Source of the DNA: a virus
Taxonomy: Duplodnaviria > Caudoviricetes
Strand: one strand, 5' to 3'
IMG/VR virus record: IMGVR_UViG_3300023267_000002
Coordinates: 1-50,828 of that record
DNA length: 50,828 bases
Positions 32,812-42,795 of the stretch are shown here, one piece after another. Within the stretch, counting starts at the first letter, position 1; each line of letters starts with the position of its first letter. A program made the position numbers and the translations under genes. The notes below the pieces were generated by a model. The model did not search any database. It was not told the DNA's origin and was given only the letters and a program-made list of their open reading frames with translations.

Positions 32812-34575
32812 CTAGTGCAGCTCCCAGCTTACCCCAAGCTCGCTCTCGCCTAGCTCCAGATGGTCAATGACAGGCGGCGGCGGCTCCGGCTCGGCGATCC
32901 GCACGAGATGCGTGTGCGCCGGCTTCATGTAATTGGCGATGATGCTGATGCGCTCGCGCTGCTCGTCGGTGAGCAGCACCTCGCTATGGATCTCGAACGA
33001 GTACACGTTGTACGACTCGCTCGGCCCGAGCACTGTGTCCTCGCCCAGCTCGGCCTCGCCGAGGTCCCATCCTTCGCCGCTCACGGACGTGATGGTGATG
33101 TCGGGCTGCACGCCGACGAAGAAGCGCACGACGTTGATGATTCCCGGCGCCGTGCCCTTCAGCTTGTAGATGCTCACCAGCACCCGCAGCAACCGGCGTT
33201 TGTCGATCAGCGACAGCGTGAAGGGGAACGGGTTGCCCAGCCCCCACAGCATCAGGTCGACGAACGGCTCGGCCGCGGTGTCCGGGTCGAGGATCGAGGT
33301 CCACGCGTCGATGCGGGCCAGCGCCTGGTCGTTCACCTCGTCGAGGCACGAGACGAACCGGCGCAGGTCGCCGCTGCCGTCCTCGCTCTTGTTCTTCTGC
33401 GGGATGAAGCGCCACAGGCCCCAGCGCCGCGCCGCGGGCACGGGCGCCGAGTAGGCCACGAAGTCAGCCACGTTCGTTGGAGGCGCGACGACGTTGCCGG
33501 AGATGTCCGCCACGTTGCTCACGGCCACCTCGTAGACCGCGCCGAAGGTCGATTCCGTGTTCAGGGTGACGTCGACGGCGGTAGCCGAGAAGGCCTCGAC
33601 GGCCGCGGCCGCGATCGGCGCCGCCGGCGCCGTCTTGGCGGTGAAGACGTAGTTCGCGGGGTTGAGCGCATCCGCCGGCGAGAGCGCGTCGAGCATCTGC
33701 ACCGGCTCGGAGAAGGCCACGCGCACGCGCCGCACGTCGATGCCCATCGCGGCCGCCACCTCCGGCGTGGCGACATCGGCGATGGTGAAGGAGTACGTCT
33801 CATCGATCACCGGGATGCCCGGGCCCGAGGGGCCAGACACCACGTGCACGGAGACGACTTGCTCGCTCGCGAAGCTGGTAGTCGGGTCGATGACGACGCG
33901 CGCGGAGCCGCCGCCAGGGATGCCCACGACTTGGGAGCTCGGGCCGTCGAAGCCCATGGAGAAGCCCACCGAGTCGTCGAAGGCGAGCACGCCGTCCACG
34001 TAGACCTTCGTCGACGCACCGGGGTTGTGCAGGTCGATGGTGATGTTCGTCGTGACCGGGATGCCTGTCTCGTCCGGCTCCGGGTCGCGGTTGGCGAGCC
34101 GCGGTGCGCCGGTCGGGATGATGACGAACGCGTCGACGTAGACGGCGGGAAGCTCCACCTCGACGTCGGTGAGCGGTCCGCTGGTCCCGAGCAGCTGGAG
34201 GCGCACGCCGATGGTGTGGAAGGCGCCAGCGAAGCCGCCCGTGTTCAGGGCGATGTCGAAGAGGTCGCGCTCGCGGCTGATGCGCGTCGTCCAGACGGAA
34301 TACTGGCCATCGATCCGCATGCTCAGCTGCCACGCGGTCCCGGCAGGCATGTCCGCCGGCGGCCGGATGGCGACGCGAGCCCGGACGTACTGGGCGCCGG
34401 CGAGCTGGACGTTGTTGGTCCACTCCACCATGTCGCCCGTGTTCAGGCGCTCGAAGAGCCCAGGCCGGTCCGAGCCGAGCCCGAGCACCTTCTCCCCGGA
34501 CGGCGCGATCCAGCCCGTCGGGGAGATTCGCCCGTGCAGCTCGCCGGGCCGGAGGAAGAAGTAGGTGAGCGCCAC
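32812..34575 (-). CDS. baseplate wedge protein with Ig-like domains and a P2 gpI-like C-terminus
   Basis: LDPDTA..PFVDLML, IYKLKGT..GI and YMKPAHT motifs. Confidence 0.8.
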   Translation of the reverse strand: MALTYFFLRPGELHGRISPTGWIAPSGEKVLGLGSDRPGLFERLNTGDMVEWTNNVQLAGAQYVRARVAIRPPADMPAGTAWQLSMRIDGQYSVWTTRISRERDLFDIALNTGGFAGAFHTIGVRLQLLGTSGPLTDVEVELPAVYVDAFVIIPTGAPRLANRDPEPDETGIPVTTNITIDLHNPGASTKVYVDGVLAFDDSVGFSMGFDGPSSQVVGIPGGGSARVVIDPTTSFASEQVVSVHVVSGPSGPGIPVIDETYSFTIADVATPEVAAAMGIDVRRVRVAFSEPVQMLDALSPADALNPANYVFTAKTAPAAPIAAAAVEAFSATAVDVTLNTESTFGAVYEVAVSNVADISGNVVAPPTNVADFVAYSAPVPAARRWGLWRFIPQKNKSEDGSGDLRRFVSCLDEVNDQALARIDAWTSILDPDTAAEPFVDLMLWGLGNPFPFTLSLIDKRRLLRVLVSIYKLKGTAPGIINVVRFFVGVQPDITITSVSGEGWDLGEAELGEDTVLGPSESYNVYSFEIHSEVLLTDEQRERISIIANYMKPAHTHLVRIAEPEPPPPVIDHLELGESELGVSWELH

Positions 34576-34578
34576 GGA

Positions 34579-35268
34579 TCAGAGCTGGCGATTCACCGCG
34601 ATGTGGTCGAAGAAGCCTCGGCGCGTGACGTCCTCGCTTTGGAAGCCGAAGCCGCCGCGCCCGAGCAGCAGAGGCGTCGAGCCGCTGTTGACGCCAAGTG
34701 CATCGTCCACGAAGTCGCCGATGCCGGGGATAGCGACCCACGCTGGCGAGGTGACGGGGTTGGACAGGTCGCTGCGGAAGGCCTTCAGCAGCACGTCGTT
34801 GTTCGGCTGTACGATCGCGTCGAGCCGCAGGTGCAGCCAGGTGTCGACCGCATAGCTTGCCGTCGACTTGCGCAGCGTGCCCATGGTGCCGAGCGCGACA
34901 GACGGCACGCCCTCCTCCAGCGCGCCCTTGCGCAAGACGATCTTGTGCGGGTCCGCGTCCTCGAGGCCGAGGATGTATGCGTCGTCGTGCACGCTCGGGC
35001 CAGCGAGGAGCACGTACAGGAACGGAGCGAAGCCCGCGGGCCCGCCGGAGACGCCGCGCTTGATGGCGCAGGAGACGCTCATGCCCTTCGCCGCCGGCGC
35101 GAAGTTGGCCAGGTTGCAGAAGAGCGCCGAGCAGCCTGGAGTCAGCTCGGTGCTGTTGAAGCCGTAGACGAAGTTGCCTCCGCCGTTCGGCCTCGCGATG
35201 CCGTTGGTGACGCCGCGCTTGATGCTCGCGGTCGAATCGTTGCAAACGGTCCAGTCAGCCTCGCTCAC
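34579..35268 (-). CDS. putative virion/tail protein (beta-sandwich-like)
   Basis: Position in the tail module; WLHLRLD; AAGGAG RBS. Confidence 0.65.
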   Translation of the reverse strand: MSEADWTVCNDSTASIKRGVTNGIARPNGGGNFVYGFNSTELTPGCSALFCNLANFAPAAKGMSVSCAIKRGVSGGPAGFAPFLYVLLAGPSVHDDAYILGLEDADPHKIVLRKGALEEGVPSVALGTMGTLRKSTASYAVDTWLHLRLDAIVQPNNDVLLKAFRSDLSNPVTSPAWVAIPGIGDFVDDALGVNSGSTPLLLGRGGFGFQSEDVTRRGFFDHIAVNRQL

Positions 35269-35292
35269 GGTGCGCTCCTTCTCGTGGTGATA

Positions 35293-36762
35293 CTACAGCA
35301 GCAGGCGCGTCCAGTAGCGCAGCGGGTCGCCTCGGAGCCAATGCGTGCCCGAGCCGCTGGTCTGGATGTCTACCGCCGAGCCCGGGCCCGCCGTCGCCGA
35401 GAGCTTCACGTTGTTCGCGTCGACGTAGATGATCCAGTAGACCGTGCCCGGGTAGAGGCCGCCGGCGATGGTGCCGTTCTCCACCTCGACGGTCACGCGG
35501 TCGTTCGAGGCGAACGGATGCGCGATGGCGGTCAGCGTGTCGAGCGTGGGCGCCGGCACCACCTGCACAGGGAAGCGCACCTCCTCGAAGTCCTCGAAGT
35601 CCTCCGCCAGGTCGAAGGTCGGGTTCGTCACGCCCGGCGTGATGGTGAAGCTCGCGAGCGCGTCCTGGTTGGAGAGCCAGCCTTCCTCGAAGTCCTCGAA
35701 GGCTTCCGCGCCTAGCGCCACGTCGAAGCTTGCCGCGGCCGTCGCCGGCATCTCGCTGTAGCTGTCCTGGTTGGAGAGCCAGCCCTCCTCGAAGTCCTCG
35801 AAGGCCTCGCCCACCAGCGCCACGTCGAAGAGCGCGGCGGCCGCGGCGCTGAAGAAGTCCTCGATGCTGTCCTCGTTCGCGCTCCAGTATTCCTCGAAGT
35901 CCTCGAAGGGCTCGACGGGGCCATCGATGCCCGGGCCGGCGATCGGGTTGTCGAAGCCGGCGGCGAGGCCGGTGAACGTCTCGATCAGCGAGCCGAGCAC
36001 CCACCCGTCGAAGCGCTCGGCGTCGTGCACCGGGCCGAGCTGCCGCGCCACCGCGCCCCATGCGTTGATCGTGCGGCTCAGGCCCGTGTAGCTGGCGAAG
36101 CTGTCGCCGGCGCCACACATGGCGATCGCTGGAGCTCCGGAGAAATTGGCGACGCATCGGAAGAGCAGCCGCAGCCGCGACCACGCGTTGCCGTAGCGCG
36201 TGAGGCGCGCCACCACCTTGTCGACGTTGCCCCCGCCGGCGGCGACCTGCACCTTCGTGATCCGCTGCGTGCTCAGGTCCGCGATCACGCCGATCTGGTC
36301 GGTGGTCGCGTCGAGGTAGAGCCCGGCATGCGTGCGGGTGACGTACCGAAGGAAGGCCTCGAAGACGTACGCCTTGCCGGCCTGGAAGGCGATGGGCGTG
36401 GCGCGCACGAGCTGGCGCACGCCGGCGCCGCCGGTCTCCTGGAGCTGCTCGGCCTGCGCCGCGATGCCCGCGGGCGACGCTACGGCGTTGGCGGTGACGA
36501 CGAGGAGCACCGCCGTCCAGCTGGCGTGTTCGAGGTCGTTGGGATGGTCGGTGAGCGCGGCGAGCTGGTCGAAGGTCGCGGGCTCGAACGAGAGCGCCTG
36601 GTCCTCGACCCACCACGCATCCGGCATGCCCTCGGTGGGGCCGGGGATCTCGAAGCTCGGGTTGTTGAACACCGGGACGGTGGGCGGGGGGAAGTAGCCC
36701 AGGGTGAAGCCCTGGACCGCGATGCCCCCGCCGGGCCCGAAGCCTTGAAGCGCGATCGTCAT
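35293..36762 (-). CDS. putative virion/tail protein with acidic EDFEE repeats
   Basis: MTIALQGFG start; FNNPSFE; four (F)EDFEE repeats. Confidence 0.7.
   Translation of the reverse strand: MTIALQGFGPGGGIAVQGFTLGYFPPPTVPVFNNPSFEIPGPTEGMPDAWWVEDQALSFEPATFDQLAALTDHPNDLEHASWTAVLLVVTANAVASPAGIAAQAEQLQETGGAGVRQLVRATPIAFQAGKAYVFEAFLRYVTRTHAGLYLDATTDQIGVIADLSTQRITKVQVAAGGGNVDKVVARLTRYGNAWSRLRLLFRCVANFSGAPAIAMCGAGDSFASYTGLSRTINAWGAVARQLGPVHDAERFDGWVLGSLIETFTGLAAGFDNPIAGPGIDGPVEPFEDFEEYWSANEDSIEDFFSAAAAALFDVALVGEAFEDFEEGWLSNQDSYSEMPATAAASFDVALGAEAFEDFEEGWLSNQDALASFTITPGVTNPTFDLAEDFEDFEEVRFPVQVVPAPTLDTLTAIAHPFASNDRVTVEVENGTIAGGLYPGTVYWIIYVDANNVKLSATAGPGSAVDIQTSGSGTHWLRGDPLRYWTRLLL
35581..35910 (-). repeat. 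intragenic repeat (102-bp period, FDVAL..EAFEDFEEGWLSNQD)
   Basis: Near-identical copies begin at 35663 and 35765, plus two partial copies. Confidence 0.8.
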
Positions 36763-36766
36763 GGCG

Positions 36767-37195
36767 TCAGGTGCGCGTGACCGTCTGCACGTCGCCGGCG
36801 GTGACGATGGTCTGGTCGATGAGCGTGCCGTCTGCGGGGACCTTGCGCGAGCCGTTCGGCGTGGCCGCGTCGACGACGAGCGGCTTCGTCGTGTCGAGCC
36901 CGTGGATGTGCCACGTCTCGCGGATGCGCTGGCGCTGCGTGCCCTCCTCGAGACTGACGAATGCCCACGAGTAGCGGTCCGTCGCCGGCAGCGTAGCGGT
37001 TCCGTCGCAGCGGACCATGTAAGCGATCGTCTCGTCGTAGGACGCGTGATCGTAGCCATAGGCGCCGTCGCCGATCTCGTACATGGCCGCGTCGGTGACG
37101 ATGAGCGCGCCGCTGACGGCGTTGCGGATGCGGATCGTCGGCGAGAGCCCCGTTGCAGGGGTGCCGGCGTTCACAAAGGCACAGGTGTACAGCAC
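36767..37195 (-). CDS. putative virion protein
   Basis: PATGLSPTIRIR...EIGDGAY.Y; GAGGAGG RBS. Confidence 0.65.
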   Translation of the reverse strand: MLYTCAFVNAGTPATGLSPTIRIRNAVSGALIVTDAAMYEIGDGAYGYDHASYDETIAYMVRCDGTATLPATDRYSWAFVSLEEGTQRQRIRETWHIHGLDTTKPLVVDAATPNGSRKVPADGTLIDQTIVTAGDVQTVTRT

Positions 37196-37215
37196 CGCTC
37201 AGCCCTCCTCTTCGA

Positions 37216-39282
37216 TCATGGCACGTACCGATTCATTGCCCACGCGATCAGCTTCGCACGGTTCGTGGAGCCGATGAGACACGTCCCGCGAGAGAGGCGC
37301 GTGATCTGGCCGTCGAAGTGTCGCGGCGTGCCGGGCGTCTTCCCGACGAGCATGTTGCCGAAGCTGCCGAGCTGCGTGACAGCCACGCTGACCTCGGCGC
37401 TGCCGTTGATGCTGAAGAAGAGCGTGGAGCCGGTGAAGCGCCAGAACGCCACGAGCGGCGTGTTCAACGCGATCTCGATGCCCACGTCCTTCGGACCCGT
37501 ATCCCACTGGTACGCGTGGCACCAGTACACGCCGCCGACGTTCTTCAGAAAGAGCCCGCTGTACTGGCCATCGTCCATCGTCACGCAGTCGTTGTCGTAG
37601 ATGGTCGCGTTGTTGGTGTTGATGGCGCGCACCTGGAAGACGGCGAGCTGCCAGTAGCGCTTGTCGCCCTCGCGCACGTAGTTGGTGGTGTTCGGGCCCT
37701 GCATGGCGTCGTCGACGCCATCGAAGTCGAGCGCGGCGTGCCCTTTGATGGCGTTGGTGATCAGGGTCGGACGCGCCGAGCTGGATGCCAGCAGCGCGTT
37801 CGCACCCGTCGAGGCGTAGTTGCACGTCGTGCATTCCCACGAGCCGGCGGGGTTGCCGTTGCCGAGCGCGACCAGCTCATCGGCGTCGAAGTCGTGCGTG
37901 CAGCCGATGACCGCCTTCGGCGAGTACTCCGGGATCGCCGGGAGCACGCTGTAGTGCCCCTTCGCGTAGGCGGAGATGTCGATGGCGTCGGCCGCTGGAA
38001 CCGCGAGCGGGGCGTACGCGGTCAGGCCTTGCTTGCCGTCGCTGCCGTAGGTGTTGTCGAGGAGCCGGCCGATGCGCTCGAAGTTGGCCGGCTTGGCGTA
38101 GGCGCTAGCGACGTAGTGTTCGAGAACGATCACCCCGTTCTCGTAGATGGCCGCACGCGCCACGTTCGCGTCCACCATGGCGACGAGCACGGCGGGCGCT
38201 GTCTGCGACGCCGGCGTGTAGCTGATGTCTGCGACGCCGGCTTGTCTGAAGCCGCGCGCGATGCGCGTCGTCGCGTCGCGGAAGAGCATCGGGCCAGCGT
38301 TCGTCAGGAGACTCTCGCTGGAGTCGAACCATGTGGCCTCGCCGTCGGTGTAGTCGTCCTGGATGACCGCCACGATGGTGCATGACGAATGCGTGGGCTG
38401 CACCGCCGCTGCCCCGGCGGTGGCCTTGTACGCGCTCGGCGACGCACTGCCCGACCGGGCCGGCGTGAGATGAACGCCGGTGAGATGCATCGCCCGACCC
38501 GCGGGAGGTCCGCTCACGGCGCCATCGGCGCCGGCGAGGCCGATGGTCGGATTGTTGGCGCTGCCTCCGACGTTCGCGGTGAAGCGGAACCAGCAATGCC
38601 ACCAGCCCGGCGCGCTGGGCACCGGATCCACATGCCACCCATCGAGCGGCGTGCCGGCGCTCCCGCCCGTCGCGCCGGTGTCGAGGTTGATGTAGACGAA
38701 GCCCCAGTTGTCGATCGACAAGTAGAGCCAGCTGCTCGGCTGCGCCGCCTGCACGACGCACCCGAATTCATAGGCGACGCCAGCCCGATACGGCGTCGTC
38801 GCCCCAGGCGTGACGTACAGCAAGCGGTACGGGTACCCGGCCGGGTTCTCGGTGAGCGTCGTGCTCGTCGTGTACGGCGCCGGAGGCGTAGGCCCAGGCG
38901 TCGCAAGCAAGCCGGTGAGACCCGAGCCGCCGTCGTACAGCGTCCAGCCCGTCGTCGACTCCGAGTGAATGACGAAGTTCTCACCCGTCGGCGTGCGCGT
39001 CAGGAAGCCGGCGATCGATGACGTCGAGCCGTTGAAGTCGAGGACTTGCTTGCCGCCGAGCGTGGAGACGGATGGCGGGTTGCCGTTCCACGGCGCGGCC
39101 GCGGCGACGTTGAGCTGCCATGCATCGTTCTTGCTGGGCGCCGAGCAGCGCACCCGCAGCCGATCCGACTCGGCGATGGGCGCATAGTCCGAGGCGCCCG
39201 GATCGAGCAGCACCTGGATGAAGTAGCTCCAGCGCGTCGCGAAGTCGGCGACGGGCAGCGCCACCGAGGCCTTCTTCGTCAT
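37216..39282 (-). CDS. putative tail/receptor-binding protein with LamG/ConA-like domains
   Basis: VLDFNG and ALDFDGVDD motifs; GWWHCW; tail module context; may start as far up as 39447. Confidence 0.7.
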   Translation of the reverse strand: MTKKASVALPVADFATRWSYFIQVLLDPGASDYAPIAESDRLRVRCSAPSKNDAWQLNVAAAAPWNGNPPSVSTLGGKQVLDFNGSTSSIAGFLTRTPTGENFVIHSESTTGWTLYDGGSGLTGLLATPGPTPPAPYTTSTTLTENPAGYPYRLLYVTPGATTPYRAGVAYEFGCVVQAAQPSSWLYLSIDNWGFVYINLDTGATGGSAGTPLDGWHVDPVPSAPGWWHCWFRFTANVGGSANNPTIGLAGADGAVSGPPAGRAMHLTGVHLTPARSGSASPSAYKATAGAAAVQPTHSSCTIVAVIQDDYTDGEATWFDSSESLLTNAGPMLFRDATTRIARGFRQAGVADISYTPASQTAPAVLVAMVDANVARAAIYENGVIVLEHYVASAYAKPANFERIGRLLDNTYGSDGKQGLTAYAPLAVPAADAIDISAYAKGHYSVLPAIPEYSPKAVIGCTHDFDADELVALGNGNPAGSWECTTCNYASTGANALLASSSARPTLITNAIKGHAALDFDGVDDAMQGPNTTNYVREGDKRYWQLAVFQVRAINTNNATIYDNDCVTMDDGQYSGLFLKNVGGVYWCHAYQWDTGPKDVGIEIALNTPLVAFWRFTGSTLFFSINGSAEVSVAVTQLGSFGNMLVGKTPGTPRHFDGQITRLSRGTCLIGSTNRAKLIAWAMNRYVP

Positions 39283-39443
39283 GCCGCGGCCGCGGGGGAA
39301 GGCGATGCTTCCGCGCTGCGCTCTCTTCTGCGAGCAGCGTGGCCCGCGTGGCGGAGCTCCGCCGCGTGAGCAGACGATCTCGCCGTCCTCGATGCGCACG
39401 AGCGCGCCATCGCGCCGCACCGGAGCCGAACGAAGGCAGGGCT

Positions 39444-40973
39444 TCAAAGCAGCGCTCCCGTGTCGCCGTCGGTGATGGTGACCGAGCCGAGGCGCGGGAA
39501 CTCGCGCGTCGCGATCACGATGTCCTTGTGCTCGCCGTTCACCAGAAACTCGCTGATGTCGTCGCCCATGCGGCGCAGCTGCGGCAGGTCGCGCACCACG
39601 TTGAAGAGATCATCGAGCGGAAGCGGATCGCCCGAGTTGCCGTCCTCGTCCTGGTAGTAGAAGCCGAAGTCGATGGTGCGGTTCGGTGTATCGTCGTCGT
39701 TGAGCACGGCGAGATGCTGGGCGAGCGCAGCACGGATCGCTGCCCCGGCCTGCGCCGCAGTCACGCCGGCGCGCTTGTAGACGGTCATCTGGAAGTCCAG
39801 GTCCAGGTAGATGGGATCGTGCACCGCGAGCTGGAAGGTCACCGTGTTCGGATACGTGACCGTGCACATGGTGCGCACGTCGTCTTTCATCTGCTGCGAT
39901 GGGGTGCCGCCGCCGCTGGGCACGATGTAGAGGATGCCGTGGTTCTCCTGCACGCCCGGGTCCTCGTTGCTGGTGGTCATCAGGGCGCGCGCCACGCCGG
40001 GGACCTTCAGCGCGTTGATCTCGTAGTCCTCGCGGCAGACGGTGCGCCCCAGCACCCGCAGCGAGCGCGGCGCGGCGATGCGGATGGCCTCGACGCTGGG
40101 CCGGTCGAGCCCCTTGCGGAAGGGCGCCTCCACGTTCGTCACCGAGATGGCCACCTCGTTGCCGAGCACGTCGATCACCCGCTCATCGAGCTTCACGATG
40201 GTGTTCGGGTCCACGTTGCCGTCGACGCCGCCACCGATCTTCATCGCGAAGGTGATCGTCCCGTAGGGGACTTGCCCGTTCACGCCGTTGCCGAAGCGGA
40301 AGGTCGCGCGGCCGATCTGGTCGACCGAGATGGTGTAGTGCCGGTCACCCGCCGTGCTGGCGAGGAAGTCATCCACCTGGGCGTAGACGCCGTTGCCGGC
40401 GATGACCACCGCCGATCCGTCGAGATACGGGCTGGCCTCGAGGCGCACCTCCTGATTCGGCAGCTCGGTCGCGATGAGCACCTGCTCGAAGGCCGTCGAG
40501 TGTTCAACGACGCCGGTCGCAACCGGCGGGTCGGTGCCCGCGGCGATGGTCACCGTCTCCGTCAGCTGGAAGACGATGGGCTCGGTGACCTCTGCCGTGC
40601 GCAGCGTGCGCCCGGATGCCAGCACCACGTCCGCGGTCGGCACCTGCGAGAGCGTGAACGTCTCGATCGCCTGCGCCGCCACCGCCGACGCTGGCGTGTA
40701 GCCGATGAGCTTCGCCAGGTTGACGATGTTCTTGCGCTGCGTGACGAGGCCGATGAATGCCTCGCGCGCCTGGTTGTCCTGGTAGAGGCCCAGCACGTCC
40801 AGGTTCCAGCACACCAGCTCGACGAGGATGTTGCCGAAGTTGGCGACGTTGAAGTCGCTCCACGTCGGGAAGACGCTCTTGATGAGCGCGCGCAGCCGCA
40901 CGCGCAGAGCGCTCATGTCCTTGTCGGTGTAGTCGACGTTTTCCGGGAGAAGCCCGGTCACGGCTGCCGCCAT
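39444..40973 (-). CDS. baseplate J / gp6-like wedge protein
   Basis: VDYTDKD..LR, NFGNILVEL, LAKLIGY.P, FGNGVNG.VP and RTVCREDY. Confidence 0.9.
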   Translation of the reverse strand: MAAAVTGLLPENVDYTDKDMSALRVRLRALIKSVFPTWSDFNVANFGNILVELVCWNLDVLGLYQDNQAREAFIGLVTQRKNIVNLAKLIGYTPASAVAAQAIETFTLSQVPTADVVLASGRTLRTAEVTEPIVFQLTETVTIAAGTDPPVATGVVEHSTAFEQVLIATELPNQEVRLEASPYLDGSAVVIAGNGVYAQVDDFLASTAGDRHYTISVDQIGRATFRFGNGVNGQVPYGTITFAMKIGGGVDGNVDPNTIVKLDERVIDVLGNEVAISVTNVEAPFRKGLDRPSVEAIRIAAPRSLRVLGRTVCREDYEINALKVPGVARALMTTSNEDPGVQENHGILYIVPSGGGTPSQQMKDDVRTMCTVTYPNTVTFQLAVHDPIYLDLDFQMTVYKRAGVTAAQAGAAIRAALAQHLAVLNDDDTPNRTIDFGFYYQDEDGNSGDPLPLDDLFNVVRDLPQLRRMGDDISEFLVNGEHKDIVIATREFPRLGSVTITDGDTGALL

Positions 40974-41013
40974 GCTGGGCATCTTCCCACGATGCCCCCC
41001 GGCCTGAACACCC

Positions 41014-41430
41014 CTACGCTGCGGCGGGCAGCACGTGGTCGACGTCGAACGCGTCGATCAGCGTGCCGCCAGGTGCGCCGCGATTCACCACGCCGATGGT
41101 GAAGCGCACGGTGAGCTCGCGCGTATCGCCGTTGAAACTGGCCTCGGTCGAGAGCACTTCGAGGTTCGGCTCGTGCCGACGCAATGCGTCCGCGCCCCAC
41201 ACGCGCAGCAGCTCGCCGACGCTGGCCAGGTGCCGATGCTTGGCGAGGTAGAAGCGCGTCCCGAGCGACGGCCGCGGGCGGAACTCGCCCAGCTCCATAC
41301 CGAAGAGCTGCTCCACGCGCGACTTCAGCAGAGCCGCGCCGGAGCCGTTGGCGAAGTCGTTCTTCCGGTCGCGCCGGAAGGGAGTGAGGATGCCGCGACC
41401 GATGTAGCGCTCCAGCGCGTCGACGCTCAT
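41014..41430 (-). CDS. baseplate wedge gp25/GPW-like protein
   Basis: GRGILTPF, GEFRPRPSLGT and ALRRHEP. Confidence 0.85.
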   Translation of the reverse strand: MSVDALERYIGRGILTPFRRDRKNDFANGSGAALLKSRVEQLFGMELGEFRPRPSLGTRFYLAKHRHLASVGELLRVWGADALRRHEPNLEVLSTEASFNGDTRELTVRFTIGVVNRGAPGGTLIDAFDVDHVLPAAA

Positions 41431-41440
41431 GGGCCCTAGC

Positions 41441-42208
41441 CTAACAGTCGCCGGTCTGCCCGTCGCCGAGCTGCACCGAGGGGATGTCCGGGATCGCCGC
41501 CTGGATGGCGAGCAGGATGGCGATGATCGCGTCGATGGGCGCGAGCATGGCGTCCGAGATGGCGCCGATGTTCCCGAGCGGAGGGATGCAGCCGAGCCCG
41601 GCGATCTGCATGAAGATGGAGATCATGCCGATGAAGCGGTTGAGCGGCTGAAGGCTCGTGTTCAGGTTCACGAGCTGCGCGTCCTGGATGCCCTGCGCGC
41701 AGTCGACAGCGATCTGGAGCTTCACGTTGTTGAGCGAACTGGCGCGCGTGGCCGCGGCGATGATCTGGAGCTGCTTGCGGATCATCGCCTGGAGCTGCGC
41801 CTTCACGCCGTACAGGTACGTGATCAGCGCGCCGATCAGGCTCTTGACCATCGCCGGGATCGACAGCTGCGGGATCAGCTTCAAGAGCTTCTCGACGAGC
41901 TTCTGGAGGTCCGTCACGCACGAGCCGAGCTTCGACGGATCCGGCGGCGGGCCCAGCGCGTCGGGGATGGCCTTGATGCAGTTGAACACGGCGCCGGCGA
42001 CTTCGATGATGCTGAAGATGGGCGCGAGCGGCGCGAGGGCGCTGTTGACCTGGGCGAAGAGCGCGCGCGTGATGTCGCTCGGGTCGCCGGTCTCGTAGCC
42101 GAGCTGGGCGCAGATCTGCGCGCCGCCCGGGAAGTCGATGCAGATGATCCCCGGCGCTTGCCGGATGGTCACGCAGAGCGTGTCGATGGGCGGGATCAGG
42201 GAAGGCAT
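41441..42208 (-). CDS. hypothetical baseplate-region protein
   Basis: MPSLIPPIDTLC start; helical; between spike and gp25. Confidence 0.7.
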   Translation of the reverse strand: MPSLIPPIDTLCVTIRQAPGIICIDFPGGAQICAQLGYETGDPSDITRALFAQVNSALAPLAPIFSIIEVAGAVFNCIKAIPDALGPPPDPSKLGSCVTDLQKLVEKLLKLIPQLSIPAMVKSLIGALITYLYGVKAQLQAMIRKQLQIIAAATRASSLNNVKLQIAVDCAQGIQDAQLVNLNTSLQPLNRFIGMISIFMQIAGLGCIPPLGNIGAISDAMLAPIDAIIAILLAIQAAIPDIPSVQLGDGQTGDC

Positions 42209-42795
42209 CAGATGGGCTTGTCGACGTTGGCCACGGGGCGGCCGTTGATGGTGACGATGTTCGCCGAGATGTCGATCTGCCCGTCGGCGGCGATGCGCAC
42301 GAGGCTGGTGCCCTTCAGCTGCCAGGCCATCGTGTCGCCGTCGTGCTCCAGGTGGTCCTCGCTCACCGTGTGCTGGATGCGCATGCGCCCCTTGCCGCGC
42401 TTGTCGATGTGCACGTGGTAGTCGCCCCACTGGAAGGCGGCGATCTGCGGGCGGTCCTCCTTGGGTACGTCGCCGGCGAGCAGCGGCGCGGGAAGCTGCG
42501 GCTTGCCCGCGTCGTCGAGCCGGAAGCTGGTGCGCTCGTACAGCGGCGCGTCGGGGCTGCCGTCGCGGAAGGTCACCAGCACCATCGACTGCACGGGCGG
42601 CACGAGAAAGAGGCCCTCGCCCATGTCGCCGAAGCCCTTCGGCCGCGCCCAGCCCGTGCCCTGGTCGAAGAGCGTGGGGATGAGCACGCGCACGCGCCCG
42701 TTGCCCTCCGGGTCGTCGATGTCGGCGACGATCCCGAGGTACGTCGAAAGGAGCCGGCGCCCTTCGTCGCCGGCGTCGTGCGAGTCGTCGGTCAC
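42208..42795 (-). CDS. baseplate spike (gpV/gp5 OB-fold)
   Basis: GIVADIDDPEGNGRVRV, WARP and P.V.S.VLV.F.DG.PD.P. Confidence 0.88.
   Translation of the reverse strand: MTDDSHDAGDEGRRLLSTYLGIVADIDDPEGNGRVRVLIPTLFDQGTGWARPKGFGDMGEGLFLVPPVQSMVLVTFRDGSPDAPLYERTSFRLDDAGKPQLPAPLLAGDVPKEDRPQIAAFQWGDYHVHIDKRGKGRMRIQHTVSEDHLEHDGDTMAWQLKGTSLVRIAADGQIDISANIVTINGRPVANVDKPI

Noticed and set aside
35581-35910. DGR template/variable repeat pair
   Set aside because: The repeats are tandem, in frame within one ORF, do not differ specifically at adenines, and no reverse transcriptase is present.
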